62,942 bases of DNA from an uncultured Bacteroidota bacterium (GCA_937902875.1 CALFNL010000322.1:1-62942), one strand, 5' to 3'. Positions 9,386 to 18,876 are shown, counted from the stretch's first letter. The notes: a model not told the origin generated them from the sequence alone. Program-made: numbers and translations.

Positions 9386-11635
9386 ATGTTGGAAAACGAT
9401 AATTCTAACGCCTGGTTTCGGATGGCGCTGCAATTTGTGAATCAAACCAGCCAGCATATTTTTCTGACCGGCAAAGCCGGTACTGGAAAAACCACTTTTC
9501 TGAAGCATGTGAAAGAACAAAGCGCCAAGAATCTGGTGGTGGTGGCCCCTACCGGCGTGGCCGCAATCAACGCAGGCGGCGTTACCATGCATTCCTTCTT
9601 TCAACTGCCCTTTGGGCCATTCATTCCAAATGGACAAAGAGGCTGGGGCGATGGGGCGGAAAGGAATTTTGGCATCGCAACTCCGCAAACTGTTTTTAAG
9701 AACATCCGGTTCAACAAGGCAAAGTTGGAACTGGTTCAGGAACTGGAACTCCTGGTGATTGATGAAGTGAGTATGCTCCGTTCAGATATGCTGGACGCTG
9801 TGGATCTCATTCTCAGGCATTTTCGCCACCAGCCCTTAATGCCATTCGGAGGAGTACAGGTCCTGTATATCGGCGACCTTTTTCAATTGCCACCAGTTGT
9901 GAAAAATGAGGAATGGGAGATACTGAAACCAATTTATAAAAGCCCCTTTTTCTTTGACGCCCTTGTATTGCAACAGGCTCCTCCTGTGTACCTGGAGTTG
10001 AAAAAAATCTATCGGCAAAATGAAGCGGGTTTCATCGATCTGCTCAACAAGATCCGCAACAATTGCAGCGAAGCCGAAGACCTGGAATTATTGCACAGAA
10101 GATATGATCCCCATTTCCGGCCTCCTGATTCCGAACGATATATCATACTTACCACGCACAATGCCAAAGTGGATTCAATCAATCGCCGTGAACTGGCCAC
10201 ACTTTCAGGTGAATCATTTTCCTTTGAAGCGGTAATAGAAAAAGAATTCAACGAAAAAGCGCTTCCCGCGGAAAAAATACTGGAGTTGAAAGCGGGGGCT
10301 CAAATCATGTTCCTTAAGAATGATAAGGGTGAATTCAGGCGGTATTATAACGGGAAGATCGGCATCATTTCACGCCTCGATGAAAATGAAATCTATGTGG
10401 AATTTCCAAATGAACCCGGAGAATTATTGCTCGAAAAAGAAACCTGGCTAAATATCCGTTACCATTATAGCAAGGAGCGTGGCACTATTGAAGAAGAAGA
10501 ACTCGGCAAATTCATCCAGTATCCAATCAGACTGGCCTGGGCCATCACCATTCACAAGAGCCAGGGGCTCACTTTTCAGAAAGCCATAATTGACGCGGGT
10601 GAATCATTCGCCCCGGGTCAGGTATATGTGGCCCTTAGCAGATTGGTTTCCATGGATGGACTGGTACTCTATTCGAGAATCCAACCCCATTGCATCCAGA
10701 CGGACGAAAGAGTGCTTCAATTCGCTCATGCGGAAATATCAGCATTGGAATTGCAGCAACAATTGTCTATTGAACAAAAGAATTTCATAACTTATTCTCT
10801 GATTCGTTCCTTCGACTGGACCAAAATAGTTGAAAAATTCAGGGAATTTAATGAAGGATATGAAGATCGCCTCATTCCAGACAAAGAAATCGCCATTGAC
10901 TGGTTTGAACAGTTGCTCCAAAAATTGATTCTGCAGGAAGAGCTGGGTTCCAGATTCAAATTGCAGTTGGAAGAACTACTGCCAATGGCTCCGGATGACC
11001 AATACAAAACCCTGCAACAAAGAGTAAATGCAGCCACGGAATATTTTACTAAGGCCCTGGACGAATACATTGCCTCCATTCTACAGCATGTAAAAAAATT
11101 CCGGGCAAAACAAAGAGTGAAGACTTACCTGAAAGACCTCAGTCATTTGGATTCGCTATTAATGAGAAAAAAACAGGAACTGGCAAAAGCGAAGCGGATG
11201 GCAGAAGAACTTCAAAATGGAAGAGAGCCCGCAGAAATTCTCAGTGTTACAATAGAAACAGAAAAGCAAAAACACAAAGATCTCATAACAAATGAAAAGT
11301 CAATAGTTCCTAAACTCAGGAAGGGTGAAACTTTCCGCATGAGTCTGGATTTATTTAAGGCAGGAAAATCAATCGCCGATATTGCCTCCCTGAGATCACT
11401 TTCTTCTTCTACAATTGAAGCACACCTGGTAACTTTCATTGCCACAGGCGAAATTAAATTGAGCGAGCTTGTTTCGGCGGAGAAAATTGAAAACCTGCTG
11501 AAAGTGATAGATGAACTGGGCCCGGCACCCCTTGCGCAAATCAAGGAAAAATTGGGAGATGCCTTTACTTATTCTGAAATCCGGGCGTCAATGATGCATT
11601 GGAAACTAATGCGCCAGGCGGCTGAGAAAGAATGA
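9386..11635 (+). CDS. pif1: Pif1/RecD-family SF1B DNA helicase with C-terminal helix-turn-helix region
   Basis: Walker A FLTGKAGTGKTT, Walker B/DEAD-like LLVIDEVSML, QLPPV and ITIHKSQGLTF motifs. The C-terminal HTH-like segment is SIADIASLRSLSSSTIEAHLVTFI. Confidence 0.85.
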   Translation: MLENDNSNAWFRMALQFVNQTSQHIFLTGKAGTGKTTFLKHVKEQSAKNLVVVAPTGVAAINAGGVTMHSFFQLPFGPFIPNGQRGWGDGAERNFGIATPQTVFKNIRFNKAKLELVQELELLVIDEVSMLRSDMLDAVDLILRHFRHQPLMPFGGVQVLYIGDLFQLPPVVKNEEWEILKPIYKSPFFFDALVLQQAPPVYLELKKIYRQNEAGFIDLLNKIRNNCSEAEDLELLHRRYDPHFRPPDSERYIILTTHNAKVDSINRRELATLSGESFSFEAVIEKEFNEKALPAEKILELKAGAQIMFLKNDKGEFRRYYNGKIGIISRLDENEIYVEFPNEPGELLLEKETWLNIRYHYSKERGTIEEEELGKFIQYPIRLAWAITIHKSQGLTFQKAIIDAGESFAPGQVYVALSRLVSMDGLVLYSRIQPHCIQTDERVLQFAHAEISALELQQQLSIEQKNFITYSLIRSFDWTKIVEKFREFNEGYEDRLIPDKEIAIDWFEQLLQKLILQEELGSRFKLQLEELLPMAPDDQYKTLQQRVNAATEYFTKALDEYIASILQHVKKFRAKQRVKTYLKDLSHLDSLLMRKKQELAKAKRMAEELQNGREPAEILSVTIETEKQKHKDLITNEKSIVPKLRKGETFRMSLDLFKAGKSIADIASLRSLSSSTIEAHLVTFIATGEIKLSELVSAEKIENLLKVIDELGPAPLAQIKEKLGDAFTYSEIRASMMHWKLMRQAAEKE

Positions 11636-11675
11636 AGGAAAGAATTCATTTACTACATAGTTGTCTAGAATTTTT

Positions 11676-11820
11676 GCCGTTGTTGGTGTTTCCCCTTGTA
11701 TAGCCACAACCCATTTGAAAAAAATTACCTGGGAGCACCAACAACATGAAATCCGGTTGTTGGTGTCGCCGCTAAAATCATATTATTCAGATCTGCTTCT
11801 GACGAACACACAACAACGGC
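11676..11820. repeat. four copies of GTTGTTGGTG in alternating orientation (structured element of unknown function)
   Basis: GCCGTTGTTGGTGT 11676-11689 (+), CACCAACAAC 11736-11745 (complement), GGTTGTTGGTGT 11755-11766 (+), ACACAACAACGGC 11808-11820 (complement of copy 1 minus one G). Located in the convergent gap between 11635 and 12000. Confidence 0.8.
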
Positions 11821-11999
11821 CGCATGTGGAGGGAACTCCTGCAAAGGGAAAAATTTAGATTATATGAAGAACAAGAAACCCTATTACCATTTAGAATAAA
11901 GTTCTTGAAAAACTTGATGGTAAACTTCTACCCGGCCTCCTCTCAAGATGACAATTGGGGACAAACAAGAACGATCTCTATTTAATATGCCCTCATAAT

Positions 12000-12800
12000 T
12001 CAGGGCTTCATCGCAGGTCCCGCATTTCTCAGGTAGAATTCCCGATGTAATTTGTAGTCTTTAAAACATTCCAGTATATACATCCCAAGTTCCGCATCAT
12101 TCACCATTTGCACGAATTCGTATTGCGGGCGGTAGTGTACCATGAAACTGTCCAGTTCGGGACTTTCCAGGTCGGTTAATTTGTGAACGAATAATTTACT
12201 GTAACGATGATCCACATATTTATCCCTTTCTTCATTCAGGAGCCATCGCTGCAGGAATGCAAGATTCCGGTTGCGCCTGAATCGGAACACATTGATCAGT
12301 TCGTCCAAATCAACACCAACTCCTGCGCCTCCTGAAGGAAGAGATGAGATGCGGAGGCCGGGCTTTTGATAATTAAATGCCTTGGCATAATCCCGGCGGT
12401 TTTGGAGCGAATCGAAACGATAGCTCTGCTTCTTTATGGTTACTCCTGGTAATTCTATCGCAGGTATCTGGATGGATATATCAAATTCAGCGGGATTTTG
12501 GATTGACTTCAGAGGATATTTTGGAGTGGGCTTTCCCAGGTAAGAAAACCAGATGGAATCATTGGCCACTACCCTAATGCTATAAAAGCCGCTTGAATCG
12601 GTCTGCGTTCCATTCCCTGAACTGGTGAGCACGCTCACGCCCTGCATCGGTATCCTTTGCGTAATATCATACACTCTACCTTCCACTACCTGCGCCCGAG
12701 CCTCAAGACCAGGAATAGATAACAGGGATAAAGCCACGATAATATTTCGGAGACCCTTCAGGTTAAGAGATTTGCTTGTAAGATAAATCCTGTCATTCAA
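12000..12800 (-). CDS. secreted protein with carboxypeptidase-regulatory-like (CarboxypepD_reg) domain
   Basis: Hydrophobic N-terminal signal (IIVALSLLSIPGLEARA). The segment GRVYDITQRIPMQGVSVLTSSGNGTQTDSSGFYSIRV is the typical CarboxypepD_reg beta-sandwich signature. TTG start. Confidence 0.55.
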   Translation of the reverse strand: MNDRIYLTSKSLNLKGLRNIIVALSLLSIPGLEARAQVVEGRVYDITQRIPMQGVSVLTSSGNGTQTDSSGFYSIRVVANDSIWFSYLGKPTPKYPLKSIQNPAEFDISIQIPAIELPGVTIKKQSYRFDSLQNRRDYAKAFNYQKPGLRISSLPSGGAGVGVDLDELINVFRFRRNRNLAFLQRWLLNEERDKYVDHRYSKLFVHKLTDLESPELDSFMVHYRPQYEFVQMVNDAELGMYILECFKDYKLHREFYLRNAGPAMKP

Positions 12801-12909
12801 ATCGCATTATGTAGTATGGGTTTTTAACAACAAATTGTTGCTGCTCAAGCATTTCCCTACATAATATCAAGACTGCAATTCCGTTATATTCAATAAATCC
12901 TCCTGTACC

Positions 12910-13590
12910 ATGAAAAGCTTACCGCTCTTCGGTTTCATTTTCATTTCAGCACTTACCACATTCAGTTCAGCAAAGGCCCAACAGCAGGGAAACCCAGACA
13001 GCCTTTTTTCTCAGGGAGTTGGCTTCATGAATGACGCTGGTGACTGGTCCGCTAAAGGAAATACGCTCAGGGCCAATGAGTACTACCAGAAAGCAATCGA
13101 CAAATTCAGCGTGGCGATTCAAATCAATGATAAACTTCAGGGGCTCACCGCAGCTATGGCTCACTGTTATTTTGAAACAAAGCAATATAAGGCCTCCGTA
13201 TATTGGTACCAAGAAGCTTTAGCGCAGGATAGTTCCCTCGCCAAAGCCTTGGCCGAATTGGGGCTTAGCTATATTTACCTTGGGGACGCTGACACGGCGG
13301 TCCACTATATCAGGATGGCGGTACTACACGATGGAAATGAAATGTTTGTAAAAGGGCTTTCCGCCAAATTGGTGGAGATAGCGGAAGGAATCCAGGGCAA
13401 GGCCAATATACTCAGCAAGAAAGATCTCGAACCCGGAAATGATCTTTACCGGATTGCCATGAAGGTCCTTATCGAAGCATTTGAACTGGACCCATACAGA
13501 AATGAAGTGGCTAAGAATATTTCTGACCTCGGCTTTCGCCTGAATGACTACGACATAGCCAGCAAATACCTGCAATACTCGGTCAGGTAA
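12910..13590 (+). CDS. TPR-repeat protein, secreted
   Basis: Signal peptide MKSLPLFGFIFISALTTFSSAKA. Repeated A-x-x-Y-Y/F-x-x-A TPR-like helical pairs (EYYQKAIDKF, AHCYFETKQYKASVYWYQEAL, LGLSYIYLGDADTAVHYI). Confidence 0.7.
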   Translation: MKSLPLFGFIFISALTTFSSAKAQQQGNPDSLFSQGVGFMNDAGDWSAKGNTLRANEYYQKAIDKFSVAIQINDKLQGLTAAMAHCYFETKQYKASVYWYQEALAQDSSLAKALAELGLSYIYLGDADTAVHYIRMAVLHDGNEMFVKGLSAKLVEIAEGIQGKANILSKKDLEPGNDLYRIAMKVLIEAFELDPYRNEVAKNISDLGFRLNDYDIASKYLQYSVR

Positions 13591-13815
13591 CAGAATCAAA
13601 GATCCATTTCCCAAATACCGCTAAACAAGGGGATATTTCTCTAAGCTAACGGAGAAGGGCACCCGTATATTTTCTCCATGATTCCTGTCTTTCCCAATTC
13701 CACTTACGGCTCAATGGAATCATGCCCAAGTGTGGTTTTCTTTGTGGTCCCCCGCGATAGGAATTTCCCGGCCGGTGGAAAAGTCACTTTCATTTTCAGT
13801 GAATGGCCAGACTGA

Positions 13816-15297
13816 CTATTGCAGGCTTTTCTGCAGAAGGTTGCGCCAGGAATCATAAAGCGCTTCATAAACCTGCCTGTTCTTCTTCGGTTCGGTCAGG
13901 GAAATGGGTTTAAAATTCTGAAATGCCTCCGAGGGAGAACGAAATATTCCGGCGCCAATTCCTGCACCTATAGCCGCACCCACAGATCCGTCATTTTGAT
14001 ATAGTTCCACCGGAGCACCCGTGAAATTCACGAAAAGTTCCGTGAACAGATCGCTCAGGAACATATTGGCCCTACCCGCCCGTATAACCGATGGTTGCAG
14101 CCCGTTTTCACGCATAATATCGAGGCCATACCTGAACGCGCAGGCAATGCCTTCCTGCACTCCTCTAAATATATGCGCTCTTGTATGAATCGTAGTCTGC
14201 AATCCGCTGAAAGCTGCGCCTGGCATCTGATTTCCAAGCATACGTTCCGCGCCATTCCCAAAGGGCAATACAAACAATCCTTCGCATCCCAGTGGAATAG
14301 AGGCCGCCATATGGTTCATTTGCGCATAAGACGAATCCTCACTCATGTTTTCTTTCACCCAGCGATTCATGATGCCGGTGCCATTGATGCATAATAACAC
14401 ACCGATCCTTTTTTGTTTTGAGGCATGATTCACATGAGCAAAACTGTTAACTCTTGACTGAGGATCATAAGTTGCTTCACCGCTCACCGCATAAATCACA
14501 CCCGAAGTGCCGGCCGTAGCGGCAAGTTCCCCGGGTTCAAGCACATTCAGCGATAGCGCGTTATTCGGCTGATCGCCCGCCTTGTAAGAAACAGGAATTC
14601 CCGGGCTGAGCCCAAGATCATCAGCAACGGCCCTGGTTAAATTTCCATGGATTGAAAATACCGGCTTCACGGGTGGCAACAGAGTATCATTGAATCCAAA
14701 ATAATCCATGATGCCACGGGCGGGCGATTCTGATTGAAAGTTCCATAGTATCCCCTCCGAAAGCGAAGAGGCCGATGTGCTTATTTCTCCGGTGAGTTGT
14801 AATGCGAGATAATCCCCCGGCAACATCATCTTGTCTGTTCTCCTGAATATTTCAGGTTCATTTTCTTTTACCCAGGCCAATTTGGAGGCTGTAAAATTGC
14901 CGGGTGAATTCAAAAAATGTTTAAGACAGTATTCCTCCCCCAATGCTTCAAATGCCTTATTACCCAGCTCAACCGCACGACCATCGCACCAAATGATTGA
15001 AGGCCTTAGAACTTTCCGCTGCTTATCAACAATTACCAATCCATGCATTTGATAAGCAATGCCTATGGCGCCAATATCCTTCATTTTGAATTTCCCTTTG
15101 GCATTGAGTTGCTTCATAGCCATTCTGAAATAATTCCACCAACTTTCGGGTTCCTGTTCGGCCCAGCCAGCCTGTTTGGAGATGATGGGGGCCTCTGTTT
15201 CAGGGTATTGTGCGGAAGCCAGGGCCCTTGCGGTTGAGGCTTCTACCACAGAAACTTTTATGGATGATGTACCTATGTCAATTCCAAGTAATAACAT
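13816..15297 (-). CDS. FGGY-family carbohydrate kinase (xylulokinase-like)
   Basis: N-terminal MLLLGIDIGTSSIKVSVVE..., WAEQEPESWW, internal GTSGVIY and C-terminal GAAIGAGIGAG. These are typical FGGY N- and C-domain motifs. Confidence 0.85.
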   Translation of the reverse strand: MLLLGIDIGTSSIKVSVVEASTARALASAQYPETEAPIISKQAGWAEQEPESWWNYFRMAMKQLNAKGKFKMKDIGAIGIAYQMHGLVIVDKQRKVLRPSIIWCDGRAVELGNKAFEALGEEYCLKHFLNSPGNFTASKLAWVKENEPEIFRRTDKMMLPGDYLALQLTGEISTSASSLSEGILWNFQSESPARGIMDYFGFNDTLLPPVKPVFSIHGNLTRAVADDLGLSPGIPVSYKAGDQPNNALSLNVLEPGELAATAGTSGVIYAVSGEATYDPQSRVNSFAHVNHASKQKRIGVLLCINGTGIMNRWVKENMSEDSSYAQMNHMAASIPLGCEGLFVLPFGNGAERMLGNQMPGAAFSGLQTTIHTRAHIFRGVQEGIACAFRYGLDIMRENGLQPSVIRAGRANMFLSDLFTELFVNFTGAPVELYQNDGSVGAAIGAGIGAGIFRSPSEAFQNFKPISLTEPKKNRQVYEALYDSWRNLLQKSLQ

Positions 15298-15408
15298 ACA
15301 ACAGATTCAATGATGAAAGAATCAGGACGACAATTTACTAATTCCGAAGTTAAGCTTGTCAATTTCGGTCTGGGATGCCTGTTTCATCAGGCCGAATAGT
15401 CACCAATA

Positions 15409-15434
15409 AGAAAAAAGCAGGCGCAAAGCCTGCT
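15409..15434 (-). terminator. intrinsic terminator ending the feoB-lipoprotein-DUF2807 transcription unit
   Basis: On the minus strand GCAGGC-TTTGC-GCCTGC (15417-15433) is followed by TTTTTTCTTATT. Confidence 0.6.
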
Positions 15435-15600
15435 ATTCCCTATGCTCAAAACCAATCTGCACCTGGTTTTTCACGCGGTTAGCAACTACCTGATAGCCTT
15501 TGAGCCGTTAAGAATATTTTGTCTTCTTTATCCCACATCTCATACACCTGAGCCTTCATTCTTTGCTACAGCGCTTAAAACCAATTATTCATCGTTCAAA

Positions 15601-16143
15601 CTATAATGTCACCAATTCATTCGCCATTTTTCTATTGTCCAGCCAATTATATTCTACCTCAAATTCGTTGGAGTGCACGATCGTAACCCTGCCCTGGTTG
15701 TTAATTCCAAAATCGCAGTTGCCCATGATATTGATCAATAATTCCGGAGAATGGATCATCCCAACCGTGTAAACCCTGGCTTCACCATTCACCCGAATTT
15801 TCTTTAAATGATTTACGGGCAAATACACCACGGCCCTGGCTTTGCCTCCATCGCTCTTGCTCCCAATAATCAGCTCCCCATCCTTTTCCCTAATGGTGAT
15901 TGCATCCACATATTTTTGAGGTGCCTGAATGGTCAGCGTTTCCGATTCCCCCTCAATCAGCAATACATTCACACCACTCGAAATCAGAATCGTGTCGAAT
16001 GCAGCCGTGAGTTTGACTTCCTTCAGCACTGGTTTGTCATTCTCCTGGACCATGTTTGGCGGAATGAAAGACGCGGACCTCATTTCTATATACGAGTATC
16101 TAAGGACCCTGAAACCTATCAGGAATTCAATCCAAAAATTCAA
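15601..16143 (-). CDS. DUF2807/GIN-domain-like hypothetical protein (no signal peptide at the predicted start)
   Basis: Repetitive beta-strand pattern KEVKLTAAFDTILISSGVNVLLIEGESETLTIQAPQKYVDAITIREKDGELIIGSK...IRVNGEARVY resembles head-GIN/DUF2807 proteins. TTG start with uncertain N-terminus. Confidence 0.4.
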   Translation of the reverse strand: MNFWIEFLIGFRVLRYSYIEMRSASFIPPNMVQENDKPVLKEVKLTAAFDTILISSGVNVLLIEGESETLTIQAPQKYVDAITIREKDGELIIGSKSDGGKARAVVYLPVNHLKKIRVNGEARVYTVGMIHSPELLINIMGNCDFGINNQGRVTIVHSNEFEVEYNWLDNRKMANELVTL

Positions 16144-16234
16144 GCCACTGGCGCCATGAGGACCCCGATAAGGCTACAATAAAAATTAAGGATTAAAACA
16201 AATAGATGCTGGCCGGATATTTCGTGACAGAGCT

Positions 16235-16717
16235 TCATTTCTTCTCCGTATAGTTAGAATAATTCTCCTTCGAGTACACCCCGGGCATTGCATGGCTGCC
16301 GGGAATAAATTCCAGGCTTACGAAATTGATATTTTCAATAGTGGTTAGATTGATCACCACAGTAGATAAATATTCCGCTGCACCAAAAGATCCCATACGT
16401 TCTGTTAACGTATAAGCGCTATCAATGACTGCATATACCGTATCATTGGAAACGTTTAGCAGCCTCAGCCTCACGCCAGGATAAACCGAATTGATTCCAT
16501 TCACAACCAGTTTTGGATCCGTAATCCTGATAGTATCCTGGAATACCCTGGTCTTTATTTTATTGTAGTCATCAACCGTCCAGAATAGAACCGTGTCTGG
16601 CTGGTCCATAATGGTTTCCTGAACCGGAGCCCTCTTATCGGGACCCGAGCAGGAATAAATCATGACCATCAGGAACAGGGAAAAGGGTAATATCCGAATG
16701 AAATTTTTCCACTTCAT
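16235..16717 (-). CDS. hypothetical lipoprotein
   Basis: 160-aa ORF 36 bp downstream of feoB on the same strand. Signal peptide plus lipobox-like MVMIYSC-SG. Confidence 0.55.
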   Translation of the reverse strand: MKWKNFIRILPFSLFLMVMIYSCSGPDKRAPVQETIMDQPDTVLFWTVDDYNKIKTRVFQDTIRITDPKLVVNGINSVYPGVRLRLLNVSNDTVYAVIDSAYTLTERMGSFGAAEYLSTVVINLTTIENINFVSLEFIPGSHAMPGVYSKENYSNYTEKK

Positions 16718-16752
16718 TCTTCAAATTACTAAAACTAAAAGGTAGGTCAATG

Positions 16753-18876
16753 CTATTTTAACAAATTATACACCAGGAGACTCATGGTATAGGCGAGGAA
16801 TGTCATGTAGAGCAACTGGATCACGGGCCATTTCCAGCTCCTGGTTTCTCTTTTTACCACGGCAAGCGTGCTCATGCATTGCATGGCCAGCACATAAAAT
16901 ACCATGAGCGACAAGGCCGTGGCAAGGGTGTACACTTTCGTGCCGTCTGGCCTTACCGCGGATCCCATTTTCTGCCGCAGGGTATTGCTATTATCATTCC
17001 CTTCATCACCTACGCTGTAAAGGGTTGCCATAGTACCCACAAAAACTTCCCTCGCGGCAAAGGAAGTGACCAGGGCAATGCCGATCTTCCAATCAAAACC
17101 AAGAGGCAACAGGGCAGGCTCTATGCTCTTTCCCAGTATGCCTGCATAACTGTTCTGAAGGAGCTCGGTATTTTTCTGCCTCTTCAACTCAGGCTGCTGT
17201 TCCGGATGTGCGAATGCAAGTTGTTCATAATGTTGTTTCACCGCATTCATCTTCTTACTGGGGCCATAGGAACTCAATGCCCAAAGGATGAGTGAAATCA
17301 CCATGATCACCTTGCCGGCATCGAATACAAAAATCCTGGCCTTTTCAATCATTGCATATAGAACATTCTTCCAACGGGGCGTTCTGTACACCGGCAGTTC
17401 CAAGATGAAAAAGCTCTTTTCTTTGACCCTGATAAACCACTTCATAACATAGGATACTATCAAAGCCATCACCAGCCCGAGCAGGTATAGACCCATCATA
17501 ACCAGGCCCTGCAGACTGAGGAATCCAAAATAATATTTACCCGGCACTACCAGTCCTATCAGAATAGTGTACACGGGTAATCGGGCGCTGCAGCTCATTA
17601 ACGGAGTAATCATGATGGTGAGTAGGCGCTCCTTCTTATTTTCAATATTCCTGGTACTCATGATGGCTGGCACGGCACAGGCAAAACCGCTGATCATCGG
17701 CATTACACTCTTGCCATTGAGCCCTACTTTTCGCATGAGCTTGTCAGATAGGAAGCTGATCCTTGCCATATAACCCGTGTCTTCCAATATCGTGACGAGT
17801 CCAAAAAGGATCATGATCTGGGGCACAAATACCATGATGCCGCTCAGTCCGGCCAAGGCTCCATTGATCAGGAGATTGGTGCCCCATCCCTGGGGCAGAA
17901 TATCCGTTAGCCATCCTCCCAATTGACCAAATATCCATTCGATGCCATCCATTGGATAACGCGCAATCCAAAAAATACTTTGGAACAGCAGGAATAATAC
18001 TACCACCAGTATCAGATAGCCCCACTTGCGATGCAGTAATATATCATCCAGCTTATCGGAGACCAATTGCTTTTCTTTAGGATCGGCCTCCACTACTGTC
18101 TGTTGCATTATGGTGCGAATCCGGGCATAGCGTTGCATGATTTCATCTGCCTGCACCCTCGTATGGTTAAAGTTGTGGTTCTGCTCTATCTGTTCTATGG
18201 ATTCCTGTGTGTTATCGTCTAAAGAAAATGATTCGTGATTGATTAGGTAGTGAACCGCGGCGTAGTCACTGAGATGAGGCAATAATTGTTTCACTTCGGC
18301 TATAGGTTCCTGTGCCAATGTATCCGTATCAACAAAATTCCAGGAAGGAGCCTTATACAATCGGAAGGCCGTGTGTTCTATGGCTTTCTTGAGAGGACCG
18401 ATACCCTTTCCCTTTCTGGGATTTATTGGTATCACGGGCACTCCCAATTCCCTTTCAAGGCCCATCACGTCAACCACTGTGCCTTTTTTCCGGGCAATAT
18501 CCATCATCGTGAGGGCAATCACCACGGGTAATTTCAGGTCGATGACCTGGGAAGCAAACAACAGGTTTCTCTTGAGATTGCTGGCATCTACTATCACTAT
18601 CAGCATATCGGGTTTCTCCTTGGTGGCAGGGTTCATCAACACATTGTAAGAGACCCATTCGTCTGACCTCCGGGGATAGAGGCTATAAGTGCCCGGTAAG
18701 TCGATAATATTAGCCGCGAGGGATTCCGAAATCCGGCACACGCCAGTCTTCTTATCCACCGTAACCCCCGGGAAATTGCCAACTTTTTGATTCAATCCTG
18801 TCAAAGAGTTGAATAATGAAGTTTTCCCGCTATTGGGATTACCCAGCAATGCGATATGTATGTTTTTTGGTGTCAA
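16753..18876 (-). CDS. feoB: ferrous iron transporter FeoB
   Basis: N-terminal G-domain IALLGNPNSGKTSLFNSLTG, DLPGTYSL, followed by the polytopic permease domain. 707 aa, TTG start. Confidence 0.92.
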   Translation of the reverse strand: MTPKNIHIALLGNPNSGKTSLFNSLTGLNQKVGNFPGVTVDKKTGVCRISESLAANIIDLPGTYSLYPRRSDEWVSYNVLMNPATKEKPDMLIVIVDASNLKRNLLFASQVIDLKLPVVIALTMMDIARKKGTVVDVMGLERELGVPVIPINPRKGKGIGPLKKAIEHTAFRLYKAPSWNFVDTDTLAQEPIAEVKQLLPHLSDYAAVHYLINHESFSLDDNTQESIEQIEQNHNFNHTRVQADEIMQRYARIRTIMQQTVVEADPKEKQLVSDKLDDILLHRKWGYLILVVVLFLLFQSIFWIARYPMDGIEWIFGQLGGWLTDILPQGWGTNLLINGALAGLSGIMVFVPQIMILFGLVTILEDTGYMARISFLSDKLMRKVGLNGKSVMPMISGFACAVPAIMSTRNIENKKERLLTIMITPLMSCSARLPVYTILIGLVVPGKYYFGFLSLQGLVMMGLYLLGLVMALIVSYVMKWFIRVKEKSFFILELPVYRTPRWKNVLYAMIEKARIFVFDAGKVIMVISLILWALSSYGPSKKMNAVKQHYEQLAFAHPEQQPELKRQKNTELLQNSYAGILGKSIEPALLPLGFDWKIGIALVTSFAAREVFVGTMATLYSVGDEGNDNSNTLRQKMGSAVRPDGTKVYTLATALSLMVFYVLAMQCMSTLAVVKRETRSWKWPVIQLLYMTFLAYTMSLLVYNLLK

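Noticed and set aside
9272-9688. 138-aa minus-strand ORF overlapping the 5-prime end of pif1.
   Set aside because: It overlaps the Walker-A region of a well-supported helicase gene and shows no recognisable features.
7971-11635. Adjacent caspase-like protease and helicase, considered as a possible two-gene defence-type system.
   Set aside because: The protease homolog has a clear signal or lipoprotein peptide, so it is extracytoplasmic. The helicase has the architecture of the housekeeping Bacteroidota Pif1 (SF1B motifs plus a C-terminal HTH). The genes are separated by 116 bp containing a hairpin, and no other defence-island hallmarks are nearby. The adjacency is most simply coincidental.
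11661-11858. 65-aa ORF covering the four-copy 10-mer element.
   Set aside because: It starts at TTG with no -7 motif and its translation is unremarkable. The repeats in alternating orientation explain the region better as a DNA or RNA structure than as a coding sequence.
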